64,000 nucleotides of DNA from Mycobacteriales bacterium (GTDB taxonomy: Bacteria; Actinomycetota; Actinomycetes; BP-191): NCBI GenBank assembly GCA_035536235.1, contig DATLOQ010000119.1, positions 9-64,008 of the forward strand, in the 5' to 3' direction. The position numbers and the translations under genes were made by a program. Positions within the stretch are counted from its first letter, which is position 1. Each line of letters begins with the position of its first letter. Positions 38,400 through 47,862 of the stretch are shown here, one piece after another. The notes beneath the pieces were generated by a model that had not been told where the DNA came from, searched no databases, and saw only the letters and a program-made list of their open reading frames with translations.

Positions 38400-39338
38400 A
38401 TGGGGTTGGTGCAGGAAGCGCTGTCACGGGGTGAGCTGCGCCGGGTCGCCGACCCGACCCTGCGGGCGTCGTACCTCGCCTGCAAGGACCTCAACGCTCG
38501 CCATGGCCGCACCTACTTCCTCGCGACGCTGCTGCTGCCGGCGTGGAAGCGCCCGTACGTGCACGCCCTCTACGGCTTTGCGCGGTACGCCGACGAGATC
38601 GTCGACGACCTCGGCTCGACCGCCAGCGACGCCGAGAAGGCGGCCCACCTCACCACCTGGGGCGAGCAGTTCCTCGCCGACGTACGCCGGGGCGAGAGCA
38701 CGGACCCGGTCTGCCGCGCGGTCGTCGACACCGTGCGCCGGTGGGACATCCCCATCGCGCACTTCGAGGCGTTCCTGCAGTCGATGCAGATGGACCTGAC
38801 CGTCACCGACTACAAGACCTACGAAGACCTGATGGTCTACGTCTACGGGTCCGCCGCAGTGATCGGGCTGCAGATGGTGCCGATCCTCGAGCCGCTGGAC
38901 GACTCGGCGTCTGCCTACGCGGCGGACCTCGGCATCGCCTTCCAGCTGGCCAACTTCATCCGCGACGTCGGCGAGGACCTGCAGCGCGGCCGCATCTACC
39001 TCCCGTTGGAGGACCTGCAAGCGTTCGGCGTCGACCGCGAGCACCTCGCGCGCGGTGTCGTAGACGGCCCGATACGACGGCTGCTGGCCTTCGAGATATC
39101 CCGCACCCGCGAGATCTTCCGGGCCGCCCGCCCCGGCGTCCGCCTGCTGCACTCGACCAGCCGCGACTGCATCGAGACGGCGCTCACCCTCTACGGCGGC
39201 ATCCTGGACGAGGTGGAGGCCGCCGACTACCAGGTGCTCGACCGGCGGGTCTCCGTCGGCCTGCCCCGGCGGGCGGCCGTCGCCGGCCGGGGAATCGTCC
39301 GGGCCCGGCGGGCGCGCCGCCGTGGCCCCTGGGCGTAG
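38400..39338 (+). CDS. crtB: phytoene synthase
   Basis: Squalene/phytoene synthase Asp-rich motifs (YARYADEIVDD; FIRDVGEDLQRGRIYLP). Confidence 0.9.
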   Translation: MGLVQEALSRGELRRVADPTLRASYLACKDLNARHGRTYFLATLLLPAWKRPYVHALYGFARYADEIVDDLGSTASDAEKAAHLTTWGEQFLADVRRGESTDPVCRAVVDTVRRWDIPIAHFEAFLQSMQMDLTVTDYKTYEDLMVYVYGSAAVIGLQMVPILEPLDDSASAYAADLGIAFQLANFIRDVGEDLQRGRIYLPLEDLQAFGVDREHLARGVVDGPIRRLLAFEISRTREIFRAARPGVRLLHSTSRDCIETALTLYGGILDEVEAADYQVLDRRVSVGLPRRAAVAGRGIVRARRARRRGPWA

Positions 39339-39416
39339 CCTCTCAGGAGGCAGGCCTCGGCCGCCGTACGGCGAAGTTCAGCGAAGCTGCACTACTTCCG
39401 GCCCTCAGGAGCTCCC

Positions 39417-41048
39417 ATGCGCACGCGCCCCAGTCGGCTCTCTCGGACCCTGGCGCTCGGCGGCCTTGCGGCGGTCGCGATCGGCGGGGCGACCCTGTCC
39501 TCGCCCGCCACGGCCGCCACCCCCTGCACGCCTCCGCCGCGAGCGATGACCTTCGACGAGCCGGGCTATGTCGACACGACTCGAGCCGGCGGTGAGCCCA
39601 TCATCTTCACCCACCCCGACGGCACGCTGCTCTACGGCTCGCACGCCGGCACGACGCACTTCTTCGCCCCCGAATCCGCGGACGAGCAGATCGCCGCTTT
39701 CGCCGGCAACTACCGCGGCCAGACCTACTACTACCACTCCAAGGACAACGGGAAGAGCTGGACCTACGTCGACCGCACCTTCCCACCCGACTCGACGCTG
39801 GCCTCCGGCTTCTCCGACCCGGAGTTCGCCTACGACAAGGCGGGCAACGTCTACGTCTCGGAGATCAACCTGGCCAACATCTCGATGTCGAAGTCGACCG
39901 ACTCGGGCCAGTCCTACAAGGAGCAGAACTTCTTCGCCCAGACGGTCACCGACCGGCAGTGGACCGAGGGGGACGAAGAGGACGTCGTCTACATCATCGC
40001 CAACTCCTTCGGCGGCGGTACCTTCCCCAGCCGACCCGTCGGCAACAGCGGGCACTACCTCTACAAGAGCGTCGACGGCGGCAAGACCTTCACGCCAGGC
40101 ATCCCCGACGATGCCGGCCTCGGCGACATCCGGGTGGACAAGAGTGACGGCACGCTCTACGAGGCGCAGTACGCCGGCGCTGGTGGCGATCTGATCATGC
40201 GAGCCTTCCGCGGTGCGCGCGCGGACGACATGACCCCCGAGGACAACGTCGTCGCCGAGGGTGTCAGCATGCTGGCGCACTGGCCGACCTTCGACCTCGA
40301 CCCCGCTGGCAACCTCTACATCACCTGGGACGAGTCTGGCCAGGGCGATCGCCCGGCCGGCATCTACTACGCCTACTCCACCGACCGCGGCAAGAAGTGG
40401 TCCGCGCCGGTCCGCCTCGACAAGGACGAGAAGACTGACATCTGGCCCTGGCTCGCCGTCGGTGACGAGGGCCGGGTCGGAGTCGCCTGGTTCCAGGCCG
40501 ACGTGCAGCTGCCGGAGGAGGACGCCCAGACTCCCGGTGACCATGGCTGGACGGTGCAGGCCGCGCAGAGCCTCAACGGGCTCGGCTGCCTCTCCTCCCC
40601 GGTCCCCGCCTTCCGCAACGCCACGGCCGTCGCCGACCCCGTCCACGCCGGGACGATCTGCCAGGGCGGCACCGTGTGCCAGGCGCAGGCCATCGACCGC
40701 CGTCTCGGCGACTACTTCAGCGTCGAGATCGCCGGGGACGGTAAGTTCGTGCTCGCGTACTCCGACACTCGGATGGGCGGCCCGGTGGCGCTGCCCGGCT
40801 TCACCCGGCAGACCGACGGGCCGTCGTTCTTCGGCAAGCCGGAGCCGCGGTTCGGCAGCAAGGGTGCGGTCCGGCCGGCACCCGCGCGACCGCAGCCACA
40901 GCCCCAGCCGGCGCCCCGACCCGCTCCCAAGCCGGCGCCGCTGCCGGCCACCGGTGGGTCGCTGGCCGGCATAGGTCTGGCGCTGCTCGCCGGCGCGGCC
41001 GGTGTCGCCGCCGTACGCCGGCACCGGCAGCGTGCTGTCACCGGGTGA
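39417..41048 (+). CDS. secreted BNR/Asp-box (sialidase-like glycoside hydrolase) protein with C-terminal LPATG sorting signal
   Basis: Signal peptide; four SxDxGxxW/F Asp-boxes (SKDNGKSW, STDSGQSY, SVDGGKTF, STDRGKKW). C-terminus PQPQPQPAPRPAPKPAPLPATGGSLAGIGLALLAGAAGVAAVRRHRQR. Confidence 0.75.
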   Translation: MRTRPSRLSRTLALGGLAAVAIGGATLSSPATAATPCTPPPRAMTFDEPGYVDTTRAGGEPIIFTHPDGTLLYGSHAGTTHFFAPESADEQIAAFAGNYRGQTYYYHSKDNGKSWTYVDRTFPPDSTLASGFSDPEFAYDKAGNVYVSEINLANISMSKSTDSGQSYKEQNFFAQTVTDRQWTEGDEEDVVYIIANSFGGGTFPSRPVGNSGHYLYKSVDGGKTFTPGIPDDAGLGDIRVDKSDGTLYEAQYAGAGGDLIMRAFRGARADDMTPEDNVVAEGVSMLAHWPTFDLDPAGNLYITWDESGQGDRPAGIYYAYSTDRGKKWSAPVRLDKDEKTDIWPWLAVGDEGRVGVAWFQADVQLPEEDAQTPGDHGWTVQAAQSLNGLGCLSSPVPAFRNATAVADPVHAGTICQGGTVCQAQAIDRRLGDYFSVEIAGDGKFVLAYSDTRMGGPVALPGFTRQTDGPSFFGKPEPRFGSKGAVRPAPARPQPQPQPAPRPAPKPAPLPATGGSLAGIGLALLAGAAGVAAVRRHRQRAVTG

Positions 41049-41060
41049 CCTCCAGCACCG

Positions 41061-41870
41061 GTGCCACGCAGCGCTAGCACCTGGGTCCGTCGTGCGCTCG
41101 GCGTCCTGGTCACGGTCTCCCTCGGCCTGGGCACGTTCGTCCTCTACGGCGCTCGAGTGGCCCACCCGGTCAGCGCCGCGGAGGCGCTCCGCGGCTTCAC
41201 CGAGCGGCCGTCGTACGCCGGACGTCCCGGTCTCGACGCGGCCTTAGACGGAGTCCGACCGGCGGCCGGCGTCTACCGGTACGCGACCACCGGGTCGGCG
41301 CGGGTGGACCTGCTGGGCATCGAGCGGCACTACCCCTCGACAACGGCACGGGTGGTCCGGCTCGGTCCCGGCTGCCAGTGGGAGGAACAGGTGCCGCTCT
41401 TCGACGAGCATGTCGAGACCTACTCCGCCTGTGCGGCAGCTGGCGACCAGATCGAGACCGGCTACGCCACCCGGCTGACTTACTTCTTCGTGCCCGATAT
41501 CAGTGACGCGGGATGCGCCCCGGGCGGGAGCCGGACAGGACACCGCCTGGCGCCAGGCAGCACGCAGAGGTTTCGCTGCCTCGACCGAGCCCGTCAGGTC
41601 CGCACGGACGGCAGCATCACGTTCCTTGGCGCGTCGACCGTCCACGTGGACGGGCGGGAGCAGCCATGTCGGCAGGTGCGGATGCTCACGGTGCTCCGTG
41701 GTCGCACCAGCGGCGCCGCGCTGCGCGAGCTGTGCACCGAGGCGAGCACGGGCCTGGTGCTGCGGGAGACCCGCACCGTCGGGCTCACCGTGGAGAGCGC
41801 GTTCGTCGGAGTCGTCCGCTACGTCGAGTCCGCCGAGTTCACGCTGAAGTCGATGACGCCACGGCGCTAG
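41061..41870 (+). CDS. hypothetical N-terminally membrane-anchored Cys-containing extracytoplasmic protein
   Basis: Starts 13 nt after the LPATG sialidase-like gene; one TM then ~230-aa soluble domain with six Cys; no domain recognised. Confidence 0.45.
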   Translation: MPRSASTWVRRALGVLVTVSLGLGTFVLYGARVAHPVSAAEALRGFTERPSYAGRPGLDAALDGVRPAAGVYRYATTGSARVDLLGIERHYPSTTARVVRLGPGCQWEEQVPLFDEHVETYSACAAAGDQIETGYATRLTYFFVPDISDAGCAPGGSRTGHRLAPGSTQRFRCLDRARQVRTDGSITFLGASTVHVDGREQPCRQVRMLTVLRGRTSGAALRELCTEASTGLVLRETRTVGLTVESAFVGVVRYVESAEFTLKSMTPRR

Positions 41871-42976
41871 CCAACCGGCACCGGGCGCCCACGCCAGCCG
41901 ACCGGCCGGCCGCGGTGACGCAGCCACCTGGCCTGCGCGTGGTGCACAGCCAGCAGCAGATCGGTGAGGGGGGAGAGTGCGGCTGGCCAGACCGGCTGCC
42001 GGGCGCGCGCTCGGGCCGCGCCGTCGGTCACCACCTGCGCCGCGACCGCGACAGCGGCGAGCCGGCGGGTCGACGTCGAGCGGGACTGCAGGAGCGCGAC
42101 CGGCGCGAACCCCAGGGCTGCCGCGGCCGCGCCCGCTGGCCACGGGCCGGACCGGACCGCGGAAGTGTTCTTCAGCAGCCCCACCCAGCAAGCGCGGGCG
42201 TCGTCATACATCTGCGCGGAGTAGCCGTCGAGAGTTGTCGCGAGCACCACCTGCCCACCGTGTGCTTTCACCAGCCGGGCGAGCGCGACGTCCTCGACGA
42301 CCTGGTCAGCGACGGCGAGGTGCCCGCCGACGGCGTTGTAGACGCTACGGCGGATCAGCAGGCAGGGGCCCGCGGCGAAAGCTGCCGACGACGTCGGGTC
42401 GGCGATGAGATCCGGGTCGTGCCGCCGCGCGACGGCCAGGCCGACGGCCGGCAGCAGCCACCCGCTGAGGGGGTCCACGGTGACCAGCCGACCGACGGCG
42501 CTGACCAGGTCGGCGTCGCGCTCGTCGGCGGCGCGCAGCAGTCGGTTCAGCAGGTCCGGCGCCACCCGTACATCAGCATCGACGAACCACAGCCACTCCC
42601 CCCGCGCCGTCGCAGCACCCGCCGCGCAGGCCACCGGCTTGCCGAGCTGTCCCACCTGCGGGCCGGGGGAAGGCAGGACCCGGACTGAGGGGCCGGCTCG
42701 GCTCGCCGCCAGCGCGGTGCCGTCGCGCGAGGCGTCGTCCACCACCACGACCTCGGTGAGGTCGGGTCCGGAGAGGCACAGAGCCTCCAGGCACTCGGCG
42801 ATGTGGCGAGCCTCGTCTCGGGCCGGCACGACGGCGCTCACCGTGGTGATCCGGGGGCGGTCGGGGGGCGCCACCAGTCGATGCCGGGCTGCGCCGAACC
42901 GAGCCAGCCGACGAACGCGGTACGCCGTGAACCCGATCGAGGCGGCGGTCACCACGGCTCGCGGGTCGGCGAGCAT
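41867..42976 (-). CDS. family-2 glycosyltransferase (carotenoid glycosyltransferase paralog)
   Basis: Parallels the 24642 GT2 (VVPARDEARHIAECLEAL; QVVEDVALARLVKAHGGQV...QMYDD). Start chosen at ATG 42976. Confidence 0.65.
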   Translation of the reverse strand: MLADPRAVVTAASIGFTAYRVRRLARFGAARHRLVAPPDRPRITTVSAVVPARDEARHIAECLEALCLSGPDLTEVVVVDDASRDGTALAASRAGPSVRVLPSPGPQVGQLGKPVACAAGAATARGEWLWFVDADVRVAPDLLNRLLRAADERDADLVSAVGRLVTVDPLSGWLLPAVGLAVARRHDPDLIADPTSSAAFAAGPCLLIRRSVYNAVGGHLAVADQVVEDVALARLVKAHGGQVVLATTLDGYSAQMYDDARACWVGLLKNTSAVRSGPWPAGAAAAALGFAPVALLQSRSTSTRRLAAVAVAAQVVTDGAARARARQPVWPAALSPLTDLLLAVHHAQARWLRHRGRPVGWRGRPVPVG

Positions 42977-43296
42977 CACCCCCGCGGGCGTCCGGCACGT
43001 GCCGCTTCGCGGCGGCCCAGCCACACCCACCACAGCAGCGTCTGCACGACCAGCGCGAAGCCGAAGAGCAGGTCCTCGACGGGTGCGTAGACGATGCGCA
43101 CTCCGAGGATGGCGTCATCGTCGTAGGTCACGATGTCGCGGCCGGTGAGGACTCCGTTGGTGATCAGCTGGAAGAAGATGACGATGGCGTAGGACACCCA
43201 GAAGATGCGCCGGCGGAGCAGACCGGTGCGCAGCACCAAGACCTCGAGCAGCAGCGTCAGGACGACGCCGAGCGAAGCGGCGGCGGTGTAGGTCAC
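42976..43296 (-). CDS. crtYd: lycopene cyclase domain protein (heterodimeric cyclase subunit CrtYd-like)
   Basis: ~105-aa three-TM protein of the lycopene-cyclase-domain family; GTGA overlap with the upstream subunit gene. Confidence 0.7.
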   Translation of the reverse strand: MTYTAAASLGVVLTLLLEVLVLRTGLLRRRIFWVSYAIVIFFQLITNGVLTGRDIVTYDDDAILGVRIVYAPVEDLLFGFALVVQTLLWWVWLGRREAARAGRPRG

Positions 43297-43637
43297 CCGC
43301 TCGCCCCTTCGTCGCCGCCGCGCCAACCGGTGGCCGCGCGCACCGCTTCGAAGGTGAGGATGGCGCAGGTAGGGATCACCAGGAAGAAGAGCAGCTCCTC
43401 GAGCGGCAGGTTGCCGGGCAGGGTGATCCCGCTGGTCTGCTCCGGGTCATAGCTCCAGTGGCCGCGGGCAATCGCCCAGACGTCCCAGAGGACGAAGACG
43501 GTGACGACGGGGAGGAGGGCGAGCAGCCAACGCCGAGGTCGGCGGTAGACCCGCGTGTGGTAGTAGAACTCCAGCGGCAACGTGCCCAAGGCGCACGCCG
43601 CGAGCACCAGGAGGTAGGCCGCCTTCACGGCCAACAT
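43293..43637 (-). CDS. crtYc: lycopene cyclase domain protein (CrtYc-like subunit)
   Basis: ~114-aa three-TM protein; the pair of small lycopene-cyclase-domain genes is typical of actinobacterial CrtYc/CrtYd. Confidence 0.7.
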   Translation of the reverse strand: MLAVKAAYLLVLAACALGTLPLEFYYHTRVYRRPRRWLLALLPVVTVFVLWDVWAIARGHWSYDPEQTSGITLPGNLPLEELLFFLVIPTCAILTFEAVRAATGWRGGDEGASG

Positions 43638-43726
43638 CCTCGCCTACGACGGCGCTCCCTGCGGAACCGACGTACCGGTGCGCCTCGTTAGACTGAAGAC
43701 CTACTGCTTCAGACCTCAGGAGATCC

Positions 43727-44617
43727 GTGGACCGTCGGCAGTTCCTCCTGCTCAGCGCCATCGGGGCTGGCGCCCCCATCCTGGCGGGCTGCTCGAGCGA
43801 CGACGATCCCGCTGAGCCCGCGAAGGAGAGCAAAGGGGGCGCCAGCCTCCAGGACATCGCCCCCGACGCGGCCAAGGGTCTCCAGCTGCTCGACGCACAG
43901 CCCGAGCTGGTCGTCGGCACATCCCGCTACTCGTTCGGCCTGCTGGACCCCGACGGCAAGCCGCTGACCGACGCTGACGTCACCCTCTACGCGGGCCCGG
44001 ACCCGGCTGGGCGGGCGCAGGCGACGGTGCCGGCCACCTGGCTGCAGGGCGGCGTCGCGGACAAGGCCATCTACGTCGCGCAAGTGCCCTTCACCAAGGC
44101 GGGCCCGTACTTCCTCGCGGCCGTCGCGAAGACCAAGGAAGGCGCGCGCATCAAGGGCGGTGTGCAGGTGCAAGTCGCCGCGACGTCGGCGTCACCGCTG
44201 CCCGGGCAGCCCGCCATCTCGGTGCCGACGCCGGTCGCCAGCCGCCTCGACGGCGCCGACCCGCTGTGCAGCCGTAAGCCGGTGTGCACGATGCACGAGG
44301 TTTCCCTCGATGCCGCCCTGGCCGGGGGGAAGCCGGTGGTCGTCACGTTCTCCGCGCCGGCCTTCTGCGCCACCGAGACCTGCGGTCCCGTGGTCGACAT
44401 CGTCGAGGCGCAGAAGCAGCGCGGCGACACGTCGGTGACCTACGTGCATGTGGAGGCCTACCGCAAGAAGGGCGCGGAGCTCGCACCGGCGCTGAAGGCC
44501 TGGAAGTTCGCCACCGAGCCGTGGACCTACATCGTCGACGCCAAGGGCGTGGTGGTCGATCGGCTGGCCGGCGCCATTGGCGCCGAGGAGCTCACCGCAG
44601 CCGTCGCCAAGCTCTGA
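43727..44617 (+). CDS. Tat-signal lipoprotein of unknown function (possible thioredoxin-like fold)
   Basis: RRQFLLLSAIGAGAPILAGCSS is a twin-arginine motif plus lipobox. GTG start with an AGGAG ribosome-binding site. Confidence 0.5.
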   Translation: MDRRQFLLLSAIGAGAPILAGCSSDDDPAEPAKESKGGASLQDIAPDAAKGLQLLDAQPELVVGTSRYSFGLLDPDGKPLTDADVTLYAGPDPAGRAQATVPATWLQGGVADKAIYVAQVPFTKAGPYFLAAVAKTKEGARIKGGVQVQVAATSASPLPGQPAISVPTPVASRLDGADPLCSRKPVCTMHEVSLDAALAGGKPVVVTFSAPAFCATETCGPVVDIVEAQKQRGDTSVTYVHVEAYRKKGAELAPALKAWKFATEPWTYIVDAKGVVVDRLAGAIGAEELTAAVAKL

Positions 44618-44619
44618 CG

Positions 44620-45312
44620 TCAGGGTCGGTCGCGAAGCCGGGCGGCTAGGTCCCGGGTGGCTGCCGCAGGGTCAGCCGCTTCGGTGATCGCGCGTACGAC
44701 GACGACCCGTCGTGCGCCGTGCGCCAGCACTTCATCGATCGTGGTGAGGTCGATGCCGCCGATGGCGAACCACGGCCGGGTCGCCGGATCGTCCGGCGGC
44801 CAGCGTCGTACCGCATGGTCGAGCAGCGCGAGCCCAGCCGCAGGTCGGCCCGGCTTGGTCGGGGTCGCCCACGTGGGCCCCACGCAGAAGTAGTCGACAC
44901 CCGACGCGACGGCAGCCGCATCGACCTCTGCCGGCGAGTGGCTGGACAAGCCGAGGAGCACGTCCGCACCAAGCACGTCCCGGGCGAGCGACACCGGCAG
45001 GTCGCCCTGTCCCAGGTGCAGGATGTCGGGCCGCGCGCCGAGCGCCACGTCAGCTCGGTCGTTGACGCTCCACAGCCGCCCGTGCCGCTCAGCGGCTGCC
45101 GCGACGACCCGACACAGCTCGAGCTCCTGCCCCGCCTCCATCCCCTTCTCCCGCAGCTGTACGACGTCGACACCGGCCGCGAGCACGCTGTCGAGGAACG
45201 CGGCCAGGTCCCCCTGCTCCCGGCGGGCTCCGGTGCACAGGTAGAGCCGGGCGTCAGCCAGCAGGGCGAGCCGCTCCGACCTCGAGTGCGACGGCAGCTC
45301 AGCCACCGGCAA
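44620..45312 (-). CDS. thiE: thiamine-phosphate synthase
   Basis: ThiE family similarity (VQLREKG...IGGI). Confidence 0.85.
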   Translation of the reverse strand: MPVAELPSHSRSERLALLADARLYLCTGARREQGDLAAFLDSVLAAGVDVVQLREKGMEAGQELELCRVVAAAAERHGRLWSVNDRADVALGARPDILHLGQGDLPVSLARDVLGADVLLGLSSHSPAEVDAAAVASGVDYFCVGPTWATPTKPGRPAAGLALLDHAVRRWPPDDPATRPWFAIGGIDLTTIDEVLAHGARRVVVVRAITEAADPAAATRDLAARLRDRP

Positions 45313-45502
45313 CCGCTCGGATGACCTCGATCACGTCGCCGTCCGCGAGACGCACCGTGTCGATCTCACTGCGCAGGAGCGCCTCGCCGTTGCGCTCGAC
45401 GACGACCCAGCCGGCGCCCAGGCCCATGGCCCGGACCAGATCTCCGGCCGACGACCCAGGAGCGAGCTCTCTCGGCTCGCCATTGACCACGGCAGTCATC
45501 AC
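45299..45502 (-). CDS. thiS: sulfur carrier protein ThiS
   Basis: 67 aa ending in GG; ubiquitin-like ThiS. Confidence 0.8.
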   Translation of the reverse strand: MMTAVVNGEPRELAPGSSAGDLVRAMGLGAGWVVVERNGEALLRSEIDTVRLADGDVIEVIRAVAGG

Positions 45503-45507
45503 GAGAG

Positions 45508-45879
45508 TCAGAACCCGAGAGCCTGAGCGCGGCGCTTGACCTCGGTGCCGCGGTTCTCGACCAGCGCCTGCACCGGGGAGCCGGGCAGCGAGTCATCTTC
45601 CGTGTAGAGCCACCGCAGCATCTCCAGCTCGGTGTAGCGCGCGTCGCGCAGCAGGTTGAGGACGCTGGGCAGGCTCTTGAGCACCTGCCCGCCGCCGACG
45701 AAGTCGGCAGGGATCGACAGCGGCTCGCCCTCGCCACGACGTATCGCGATCAGCGATCCGTCGCGCACGAGCTGACGTACCCGGGTGACCTCGAGGTTCA
45801 TGGCTTCGGCGACGTCCGGCAGGGTCACCCAGCTGCCGACCAGCTCCCACAGCTCATCGACTGTCGGCTCGCCTGTCAC
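45508..45879 (-). CDS. Rv2175c-family DNA-binding protein
   Basis: Recalled similarity to M. tuberculosis Rv2175c (VLKSLPSVLNLL, EMLRWLYTED, KRRAQALGF). Confidence 0.7.
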   Translation of the reverse strand: MTGEPTVDELWELVGSWVTLPDVAEAMNLEVTRVRQLVRDGSLIAIRRGEGEPLSIPADFVGGGQVLKSLPSVLNLLRDARYTELEMLRWLYTEDDSLPGSPVQALVENRGTEVKRRAQALGF

Positions 45880-45907
45880 GTCGGTCCTCCTCGTTGCTGC
45901 TCAGCTG

Positions 45908-47050
45908 TCAGGGAAGCGCGGGCTCGGCGCGCAGCGGGAACGCGTCCTTCCACACCGGCTCGTAGCCCGCGGCGACGAGCATCGCAGCGACCTGCGCGGG
46001 GGTGCGGTCGTCGGCGATGCTGAACTGCTCCTGGCTCTCTCCCGGGTGCGCGTAGCCGCCCGGCTCGGTGGAGCTGCCGGCGCTCATCGAGGTGACTGCG
46101 ATGCGCACCAGGCCATCCCTCAGCGCCGCCGGCTCACGGGTGGAGAGCACGATGCCCGCGTCCGGCGCGGCGAGGCGAAGTGCGGCCATCGCCTGCACGT
46201 ATTCGGCGTCGGAGACGGCCACTACCGGCTGGAACCCGGAGGCGCTCGGCTTGATCCGGGGCAGCGCCACCGTCACCTCGGTCCGCCAGTAGCGCTGAGA
46301 CAGCCAGGCGGCGTGGCTCGCGACAGAGATGACGTCGGCGCGCCAGTCCGGCGCGAGCCCGAGGAGCGCACCCACCCCCAGACGGCGTACGCCGGACGCG
46401 GCCGCCCGCTCCACCGCGACGAGCCGGCGGTAGAAGTCGCGCTTCCACCCGGCGAGGTGCACCTCGGCGTAGCGACTCCGGTCGTAGGTCTCCTGGTAGT
46501 GCACCACGCCTTCTACGCCGGCATCGACGAGTCTCGCGTAGGTGTCGTCGCTCCACGTCTGGGTCTCGATCGACACCGACGCGACCCCCGAGTCGAGCGC
46601 CCGGACAACCTCAACCAGGTAGTCGGCGCTGACCTCGACCCGGTGCTCGCCGCTGACCAGCAGCAGGTGCCGGAAACCGCGCCCCACCAGCAGAGTGGAC
46701 TCGGCTGCGACCTCGGCCGGGGTGAGTGTCCGGCGTAGGACGTCGAGGTCCTTGGCGAAGCCGCAGTAGGTGCAGGTCGACAGGCAGGCGTTGGAGACGT
46801 ACAGCGGCGCGAAGAGGCGCACCGCCCGACCGAAGCGCTGCAACGTCAGCGCGCCAGCGGCCTGCGCCAGCTCCTCCAGACGCAGGCCGGCGGCCGGTGA
46901 GAGGAGCACTGCCAGCTCAGCTGGTCCGCGCTGCTCCACCGCGAGAGCCCTGTCCACGTCAGCATCGGTGGCGCTGCGGGAGCTGGCCGCGAGCCCAGTG
47001 GCGTCGAGCGTGGCGAGCTCCCGCGCAAAACCCCCGGCGGTCTCGCTCAC
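45908..47050 (-). CDS. thiH: radical SAM 2-iminoacetate synthase ThiH-like (tyrosine lyase)
   Basis: CxxxCxxC radical SAM motif ([10 protein letters not shown]), ~380 aa, lies between thiG and thiS. Confidence 0.65.
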   Translation of the reverse strand: MSETAGGFARELATLDATGLAASSRSATDADVDRALAVEQRGPAELAVLLSPAAGLRLEELAQAAGALTLQRFGRAVRLFAPLYVSNACLSTCTYCGFAKDLDVLRRTLTPAEVAAESTLLVGRGFRHLLLVSGEHRVEVSADYLVEVVRALDSGVASVSIETQTWSDDTYARLVDAGVEGVVHYQETYDRSRYAEVHLAGWKRDFYRRLVAVERAAASGVRRLGVGALLGLAPDWRADVISVASHAAWLSQRYWRTEVTVALPRIKPSASGFQPVVAVSDAEYVQAMAALRLAAPDAGIVLSTREPAALRDGLVRIAVTSMSAGSSTEPGGYAHPGESQEQFSIADDRTPAQVAAMLVAAGYEPVWKDAFPLRAEPALP

Positions 47051-47862
47051 TGGAGGAAGCCGGTCAGCGGCGACGAGGCCTCGGCGTCACGACGCGGCGC
47101 TGCCCGCCCGGCGAGATAGCCGAGGCGTCCCGCCCGTGTGGCCAGGGCGAAGCCGCGCGCCATGGCGATCGGATCACGGGCGACAGCGATCGCGGTGTTG
47201 ACGAGTACGGCGGCGGCGCCGATCTCCATCGCCTCGGCCGCGTCGCTCGGCACGCCGAGGCCGGCGTCGACAATCACCGGCACCCCCGCCTGCTCGACGA
47301 TGATCTCGACGGCGTCGCGGGTGCGCAGCCCCCGGTTGGAGCCGATCCACGAGCCGAGCGGCATGACCGTCGCGCAGCCCGCCTCCTCCAGCCGCCGGCA
47401 CAGGATCGGGTCGGCGCTGCAGTAGGGCAGCACGGTGAAGCCGTCGGCGACGAGGATCTCGGCGGCCCGGAGCGTCTCGATCGGATCGGGCGTGAGCCAC
47501 CGCGGGTCCGGGGTGACCTCGAGCTTGACCAGCTCACCCAAGTTACCGGCGCGGGCCAGCCGGGCGAGGCGCACCGCCTCCTCCGCGGTCACCGCCCCGG
47601 ACGTGTTGGGCAGCAGGGTGCAGCGGGTGAGATCGAGGAAGTCGAGGATGTCGCCCTCGCCGCTGCGGGAGGGGTCCACCCGGCGTAGCGCGACGGTGAC
47701 GAGCTCCGAGCCGGACGCGTCGAGCGCATCGCGCATGACGGCGTGGGAGGCGAACTTGCCGGTGCCGGTGAGCAGCCGGGAGGTGAAGCGGTGCCCACCG
47801 ATCACCAGCGGGTCAACGTCGTCAAGCACCGGGTCGTCGTCCATGCGGTCAGCGCTCCCCAC
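47047..47862 (-). CDS. thiG: thiazole synthase
   Basis: Full-length ThiG similarity ([12 protein letters not shown]...VMPLGS). Confidence 0.9.
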   Translation of the reverse strand: MGSADRMDDDPVLDDVDPLVIGGHRFTSRLLTGTGKFASHAVMRDALDASGSELVTVALRRVDPSRSGEGDILDFLDLTRCTLLPNTSGAVTAEEAVRLARLARAGNLGELVKLEVTPDPRWLTPDPIETLRAAEILVADGFTVLPYCSADPILCRRLEEAGCATVMPLGSWIGSNRGLRTRDAVEIIVEQAGVPVIVDAGLGVPSDAAEAMEIGAAAVLVNTAIAVARDPIAMARGFALATRAGRLGYLAGRAAPRRDAEASSPLTGFLQ

